Assembly (NCBI GenBank): GCA_965219995.1
Contig: CBDCOX010000002.1
Span: 1,056,001 to 1,120,000 of the forward strand
Direction of reading: 5' to 3'
DNA from: Candidatus Latescibacterota bacterium
GTDB lineage: Bacteria > Latescibacterota > UBA2968 > GCA-2709665
DNA length: 64,000 nucleotides
The notes under the pieces are model-generated. The model was not told where the DNA came from. It made no database searches and saw nothing but the letters and a program-made list of their open reading frames with translations. The position numbers and the translations under genes are program-made. Within the stretch, counting starts at the first letter, position 1. The number at the start of each line of letters is the position of its first letter. Shown piece by piece: positions 58,590-64,000 of this stretch.

Positions 58590-59951
58590 TCACCCTCGCC
58601 CGGCACGGCGCCCCGGCTCGTTCAGGCGGTGCACGAAGAAAACGGTCAGCGGCACGAACGCCAGGGCGATCCAGAACATGGGCCGATACGAAATCCACGC
58701 CACGAGCAAACCTGCCAGCACCGGCAGAAACCCCTGAGGCAATGCAAACATGTTCAGAAAGCTGGTATACGTGGGACGACGGTTTTCCGGCGCGAGTTCC
58801 AGCACGTACGCCATACGGCCGTTGAACATCGCGCTGCTGGCGAACCCTGAAAACACAAACGTAAGAGAAAAAAATACGACCTGCGGATTCAACGACCACG
58901 CGACGCCCCAGCTCGCCAGAGGCGCGATGTCGATCGACGGCACGTGTATGGCCAGCAGGGGCACGGCGACGGACAACGCCATCAGATAGGACCCGTACAC
59001 CAGCAACGCACGGTTGCCGCTTCGATGCCCTACATGCGCCCAGAGCGCATTCGACAGCACGGTGCTGATCTGCATGACTGAAACAAATGCGCCGACATAG
59101 ACCAGCCCCAGGCCCAGGTCGGTTATCGCGTAGGGGACATAAAATGGCGCGCCCATCATCATAAAGGACCACAGGACCTGCATCCCGCACAACCGACGGT
59201 AGTCGACATCGTCTCTCAGCAACCGCATCCCGCTGTTCAGATAGCTGGAGATCGGCTGTCGGAGATACCGCACCGGACCCACCGGTTCCCGAATTCTGCT
59301 GAATACGAAGACCGAGAGCGCGTTTCCGAGACCCGCCAGCAGAAACAGCGCCGCATAGTTCGACGGAAACGGAATCCCGGTCTGCTCGCTGAGTACGTAC
59401 GAAATCAGTCCCCCCGCCGCCATGGCCGTAATGCCCCCGCATAGCCGACGTACGGCGAACAGACGCGACCGGTCGCCGGGCGGGACGACCTTTGCGACGA
59501 TATCCATCCACGGGACATTCCATATTCCCATCATGGACGTGGATATCGCGTAAAGGACCATGAAACAGCAAAGAAAGTAAAAGGGCTGACGACCTCCCAT
59601 CAGGTACGTCAGCCCCGCGATCACCAGCCAGACGGAACTGCGCATCCCGCCTGCCAGAAGCAGAAAGGGCATTTTGCGTTTTCTGATTTCGATAATCCGG
59701 GAAATGAACACCTGAGGCCACGCCCACCCGATCCGCATCAGGGCCCCGGTCAGTCCGATCGCGACACTCGAGGACGTCAGCGACTGCACGAAAGCCGGAA
59801 GCACCATATCCGGACTGGCGAGTGTCATCGACATGAAGACCAGGCCGCCGTTCAGAATCAGGAGCCGGCTGTTCCGGCGCACCTCCGCGGGGTCCGTTTC
59901 CCCGGACTCGGCCGCCGCCCGCCTCCAGTGCGCAGATGAGAATTCTCTCAT
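58590..59951 (-). CDS. MFS transporter
   Basis: About 12 TM helices; WMDIVAKVVPPGDRSRLF, ELAPENRRPTY. Confidence 0.88.
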   Translation of the reverse strand: MREFSSAHWRRAAAESGETDPAEVRRNSRLLILNGGLVFMSMTLASPDMVLPAFVQSLTSSSVAIGLTGALMRIGWAWPQVFISRIIEIRKRKMPFLLLAGGMRSSVWLVIAGLTYLMGGRQPFYFLCCFMVLYAISTSMMGIWNVPWMDIVAKVVPPGDRSRLFAVRRLCGGITAMAAGGLISYVLSEQTGIPFPSNYAALFLLAGLGNALSVFVFSRIREPVGPVRYLRQPISSYLNSGMRLLRDDVDYRRLCGMQVLWSFMMMGAPFYVPYAITDLGLGLVYVGAFVSVMQISTVLSNALWAHVGHRSGNRALLVYGSYLMALSVAVPLLAIHVPSIDIAPLASWGVAWSLNPQVVFFSLTFVFSGFASSAMFNGRMAYVLELAPENRRPTYTSFLNMFALPQGFLPVLAGLLVAWISYRPMFWIALAFVPLTVFFVHRLNEPGRRAGRG

Positions 59952-60039
59952 GCCGGTTGCTTCCGTCCCTCAGACGCCCCGGGAGCCGGGCAGGTCCCCC
60001 TCTCCTTTAAAGACTCTCGTCGGCGCGCCGCGGGACGTC

Positions 60040-61668
60040 TCATATTCCGATCGCATAGCCGTCCCGTCTTGGGTCCGCCCCCCCCATCAGTGCGCCGCTT
60101 TCCGGGTCTACGGCAATTCCCTGCGCCCCGCCGGTTACGTGCGAAAACGCGTCGACAACGTCGATCTGATGTCCGCGGCGAATCAGGCCGGCCCGGATTT
60201 CTTCAGGTACGCGGGACTCCATATAGACACGGGTACCGGCGTGTTGAAAGCGGAACCTGGGAGCCTCGATTGCCGCCTGAATGTTCATTCCGTAGTCCAG
60301 GAGATTGGTCGTGAACTGCGTGGTCGTCTGTTGAATTCCCCAGCTTCCCGGCGTACCAAGTGCCGCGACGAGCCTGCTGTCTTTGAACACCTGACATGGC
60401 GAAAGACACATATCGATTTTCTTATGCGGCTCGATGCGATTGGGGCTGCCGGGCACCGTATCCGCCCATTTGATGAAATTGTTCAGGAACATCCCCGTGT
60501 TTCCGATGATTTCCCCGGACCCGAACCCGGATCCCAGACTCTGCGTTACCGCCACCGCGTTTCCCGCCTCGTCGGCTACGTCGAAGTGGGTCGTGCATTC
60601 GTTAAGCCAGTCGCCCGGCTGTCCCGGGGCAATCTCACCGGGGAGACCGACCGCCGCGAAATATTCACCACGGTTTACCGTGGCCCGTTCGCCGATGAGC
60701 CCCCTGCGTTCGTTCGCGTACGCCTTTGAAAGCAATCCGTCCGCCGGTGCTTCCGGCGCCGCCGCGAAAGCCACGCGATCGGCATTGCCCAGCTTCAGGA
60801 CCTCGATAAAGAGATGGAGCGCCTCCTCCGAATGATGGCCCAAATCCTTCAGATCATATCCCTCCAGCATATTCAACGCCTGCAGGATGTGAAATCCTGC
60901 GCTTGGCAGCGGCGGGCAGAACACCCGGAATCCGCGGTAGGGTGTTGAAATCGCGTCCTCCCATTCAACCTCGAAATCCGCAAGGTCTCTCGTGGAAAGC
61001 AGCCCGCCCCCGCCCTGCACATATCCGGCAATCTCCGATCCGAGATCTCCGCTGTAGAACGCCTCCGCGCCGCCTTCAACCACCCTCCTCAGTGTGCGGC
61101 CCAGATCGCCCTGGATCAGGATATCCCCCGCACGAGGCGCCCGTCCACGGCTCAGTATCACCTCGGCGCCCGTAGGCCGCATTCGGGGCACGGCGTCGTG
61201 GATGAATCCGGCATTCTTGACCGTCGCCGCGAATCCGTTTTCCGCCAGTTCGATTGCCGGGCCGAACACGGTCGCCCGGTCCATCGTACCGTATTTTTCA
61301 AGAAGCTCGAGCCAGCCTCCGCAGGCGCCCGGAACCAGACAGGACATAACGCCGCCTTCCTGAAAATCCGGTGACGCGAAGGCCTCGGAGGTGGCGTCGT
61401 GAGGGGTGCGCCCGCAATAATCCAGGACGCGTACGCGGTCTTCCGCGGCGGAATAGATGAGCGCGTATCCAACCCCTGCGATACCCGACATATAGGGTTC
61501 GACGACATTCAGCGTCGCCGCGACAGCCACCGCGGCGTCGAATGCATTGCCATGCTCGAGGAGCACGCGAATCCCGGCCAGGCTTGCCAGGGGATGGGCG
61601 CTGGCAACCATTCCCCGGGTGCCCGTCACCGTGGACCGATGTACCGTTCCGGCAGATGCAAAAGCCAT
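60040..61668 (-). CDS. ggt: Gamma-glutamyltransferase family (Ntn hydrolase)
   Basis: GNAFDAAVA, VEPYMSG, TTHFDVAD (Thr nucleophile), GTPGS, GGADPRRDG; no signal peptide. Confidence 0.93.
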   Translation of the reverse strand: MAFASAGTVHRSTVTGTRGMVASAHPLASLAGIRVLLEHGNAFDAAVAVAATLNVVEPYMSGIAGVGYALIYSAAEDRVRVLDYCGRTPHDATSEAFASPDFQEGGVMSCLVPGACGGWLELLEKYGTMDRATVFGPAIELAENGFAATVKNAGFIHDAVPRMRPTGAEVILSRGRAPRAGDILIQGDLGRTLRRVVEGGAEAFYSGDLGSEIAGYVQGGGGLLSTRDLADFEVEWEDAISTPYRGFRVFCPPLPSAGFHILQALNMLEGYDLKDLGHHSEEALHLFIEVLKLGNADRVAFAAAPEAPADGLLSKAYANERRGLIGERATVNRGEYFAAVGLPGEIAPGQPGDWLNECTTHFDVADEAGNAVAVTQSLGSGFGSGEIIGNTGMFLNNFIKWADTVPGSPNRIEPHKKIDMCLSPCQVFKDSRLVAALGTPGSWGIQQTTTQFTTNLLDYGMNIQAAIEAPRFRFQHAGTRVYMESRVPEEIRAGLIRRGHQIDVVDAFSHVTGGAQGIAVDPESGALMGGADPRRDGYAIGI

Positions 61669-61849
61669 CGATTCAATTCCTCAACGAGAGCACCCCCGGC
61701 TCGGGATCAGCGGGGGGCCTGTGGCACCGTTGCCGTTGTCGTGCGCAAAGGGACGTCTTCAGTGGAATTCATCACCCGGTAATCCGCATGGATTCCGAAC
61801 CCGCGCCAGGGTAAGGGATCAGGTAATTCCACAACTCCTGCGCATGCGG

Positions 61850-61878
61850 AAGATAGGCTATGGCGGATGGCAAGTCAA
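61850..61878 (-). promoter_or_regulatory. Sigma70-type promoter for ggt
   Basis: TTGACT-N17-TATCTT on the minus strand. Confidence 0.65.
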
Positions 61879-62009
61879 TGCCCGTTTCCCTCGCCCGTCC
61901 GGGCTCGTCAGCCACGTTTCTGCTTGACAACGCAGGCCGATCATGGCTTTTTATACGACTCCCGAACGAACGCCCCTGCCAGCGTTTTATAATTGCCGGA
62001 AAAACCGTC

Positions 62010-63041
62010 ATGAATCGAGAACTTCCCATCATACAGACCAGCGTGATCGGAAGCTACGCGCTGCCAGGCTGGTTCTGGACAGCCGTGGACCAGATCGAAA
62101 AAGGCGAATACGGCCCCACCGACGCTCGTGAGACCTACGAAGACGCCACGCACCTCGCCATGCTGGATCAGAAAAGAGCGGGCGTGGACCTGATTACCGA
62201 CGGCGAGATGCGGCGCTGGTTTTTCATCCAGAGCTTCTACCGCCGGTTCAGCGGCCTTGCGTCACGACCCACGTTGCGGCGCACGGGCGTTTACGGATAC
62301 GACAGCGTACCGCGCTGGTGGCCGGAAGAACGCATCAGCGTGCCCGATGGTCTTGGAATCGTCGAGGAGTTTCAATTCGCCAGGTCGGTGACCGATCATC
62401 CGTTAAAGGCCACCTGCCCGGGACCGTTGACGCTTACCATACACATCCAGTTGAAAGACGACCACATCTACAAGGACCGGATCGAACTCGCGTACGAGTT
62501 CGCGGGCGTGGTAAACCATGAATTGAAGCGCCTCGCCGCGGCCGGGGCGGAGTTCATCCAGTTGGACGAACCCTCGTTTTCCATTGTGCCCGGAGACGCC
62601 GGCAGCTGGATCGACCTGTTCAACGAAACCGTAAAGGGCGTTGACGCGAAGATCGGACTGCATATCTGTTTCGGAAACCTCGGCAGCCGCCCGAGGGGCA
62701 AACGCCGGTACGACTGGTTGATGGACGATATCCAGCGGGCCGATGCGCAACAGATTTCGCTGGAATTCGCCAATCGCGAACTCGCGGAACTGGAACTCTG
62801 CGGGGAAATCGCGAAGGAGAAAGAGGTCGCCGCGGGCCTGGTCGACGTGAAGTCATTTTACATTGAAACCCCCGACGACGTCGCTGAGCGGGTGCGCATG
62901 GCGCTTCAGCACGTCCCGCCGGAAAAACTCACCGTCACACCCGATTGCGGTTTCTTCCAGCTGCCCAGGTGGCTGGCCTATCAGAAACTCCGGAATATGG
63001 TCAAGGGCGTGGAGATTGTTCGCGGAGAATTGACGGGATAG
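62010..63041 (+). CDS. Cobalamin-independent methionine synthase, catalytic-domain-only ('core' MetE-like)
   Basis: IGSY, ITDGEMRR, IQLDEP, HICFGN, LEFAN, PDCG zinc ligands; about 343 aa with no N-terminal barrel. Confidence 0.88.
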   Translation: MNRELPIIQTSVIGSYALPGWFWTAVDQIEKGEYGPTDARETYEDATHLAMLDQKRAGVDLITDGEMRRWFFIQSFYRRFSGLASRPTLRRTGVYGYDSVPRWWPEERISVPDGLGIVEEFQFARSVTDHPLKATCPGPLTLTIHIQLKDDHIYKDRIELAYEFAGVVNHELKRLAAAGAEFIQLDEPSFSIVPGDAGSWIDLFNETVKGVDAKIGLHICFGNLGSRPRGKRRYDWLMDDIQRADAQQISLEFANRELAELELCGEIAKEKEVAAGLVDVKSFYIETPDDVAERVRMALQHVPPEKLTVTPDCGFFQLPRWLAYQKLRNMVKGVEIVRGELTG

Positions 63042-63137
63042 GCATTCCGAACCGAATGCAACGGCGCCTTCGGTGGTCAACGTCCGGCGTTGTCTGAAAT
63101 ACTCATTCCGACACGTGAACGCGTAGAGGAACTCGAA

Positions 63138-64000
63138 ATGGATGTCGTAGAGATTACGGCCGACCTGGTTTCATACGACTCGGCCAGCCAGAACAGCAAT
63201 ACACCGGTGTCCGAGGCGATTGCCAGATGGCTGCACAAGGCCGGACTGTCGGTCGAGCGCATCGATTACACGGACCGGGACGGCACGCCCAAGACAAACG
63301 TCGTCGGGAAGAAAGGCAAGGGTCAGGGGGGCCTCGCCCTTCTCGCCCATTCAGACGTGGTTCCCGCCGAAGGATGGGCTTCCGATCCGTTCAAGCTCAG
63401 GGACAGACAGGGCAAACTCTACGGACGAGGCAGTGCCGACATGAAGGGGTCGGTCGCCTGTATGATCGGAGCTGCCAACGCCTTCACCGAACAGGAACTC
63501 AAGCTGCCGGTCTACGTGATTGTCACCGCCGACGAAGAAACCGACTGCGGCGGCGCCAGGGCCGTCGCGCTGAGATCGAAGACGCTCAAATCGTCCAAAG
63601 TCAGGTATGGAATCGTCGGCGAGCCCACGCTCCTGGACGTGGTCTACGCCCACAAGGGCTCGCTCAAATTCGAAGCCACGGCAAAGGGAAAAGCGGCTCA
63701 CAGCAGCACCGGCAAAGGCGTGAACGCCAACCACATTCTCATCCCGTTCCTGAACGACGTTGTCAGGCTCGACCAATCGCTGCGTACCGACCCGCGATAT
63801 CGGAACGAGGCGTTCGATCCACCGCACGGGACGCTGAATGTCGTCTTTTCGGATGGGGATACGGCGGCGAATGTCACGGCGCCGGTCAGCCGCGCCACCA
63901 TCAACTGCCGACCGATGCCGGGCCAGAACTGGAAGCCCGTTATCAATCGCGTGACGAGAATGGCAGAAAAACACGGCGTCCAGATCAAGCTGCCGAAGAC
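63138..64000 (+). CDS. argE: M20 family peptidase, acetylornithine deacetylase-like, 3'-truncated (absent from the ORF track)
   Basis: Own translation from ATG 63138 (GAGG RBS): MDVVEITADLVSYDS...AHSDVVP...LYGRGSADMKG...ADEE...GEPT...AHKG...AAHSS; open to the window end. Confidence 0.88.
   Translation, partial: MDVVEITADLVSYDSASQNSNTPVSEAIARWLHKAGLSVERIDYTDRDGTPKTNVVGKKGKGQGGLALLAHSDVVPAEGWASDPFKLRDRQGKLYGRGSADMKGSVACMIGAANAFTEQELKLPVYVIVTADEETDCGGARAVALRSKTLKSSKVRYGIVGEPTLLDVVYAHKGSLKFEATAKGKAAHSSTGKGVNANHILIPFLNDVVRLDQSLRTDPRYRNEAFDPPHGTLNVVFSDGDTAANVTAPVSRATINCRPMPGQNWKPVINRVTRMAEKHGVQIKLPK

Noticed and set aside
61762-61840. TPP riboswitch (ACCTGATC on the minus strand)
   Set aside because: The upstream CTGAGA element and P2/P3 architecture are missing
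1-64000. CRISPR array, tRNA/rRNA, prophage or IS element
   Set aside because: No regularly spaced direct repeats, tRNA/rRNA signatures, integrase, transposase or phage genes seen on manual reading; short elements could have been missed

Overview
GC-rich chromosomal window from a diderm bacterium. A cohesin + FlgD/T9SS-type C-terminal-domain protein, TamA/TamB, DUF2723 and many PhyH, TIM-barrel, amidohydrolase and CehA/McbA enzymes suggest an FCB-superphylum lineage such as Ca. Latescibacterota (inference). Housekeeping genes (clpB, asd, mreBC, purN, galU, pcm, ccsA-sirC-hemA-hemC-cobA/hemD, anmK, ggt, core MetE, truncated argE) alternate with catabolic genes of unknown substrate. I saw no rRNA, tRNA, CRISPR array, integrase or transposase. 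Main points of interest: (1) a more AT-rich islet at about 1.9-5.8 kb with a HEPN + MNT pair and a coupled ECF sigma / zinc anti-sigma / 'mini-secretin' trio, among GTAG-type REP palindromes and heptamer repeats; (2) a lysine riboswitch with a readable terminator/antiterminator ahead of a clostridial-like asd; (3) a putative operon at 26.7-35.5 kb with an active CE7 esterase beside a catalytically dead paralog, a transglutaminase-like protein, a Cys-less class V PLP enzyme and a CehA/McbA hydrolase; (4) an AT-rich nested palindrome at 21031-21071. All family assignments come from motif recognition by eye, without database searches.
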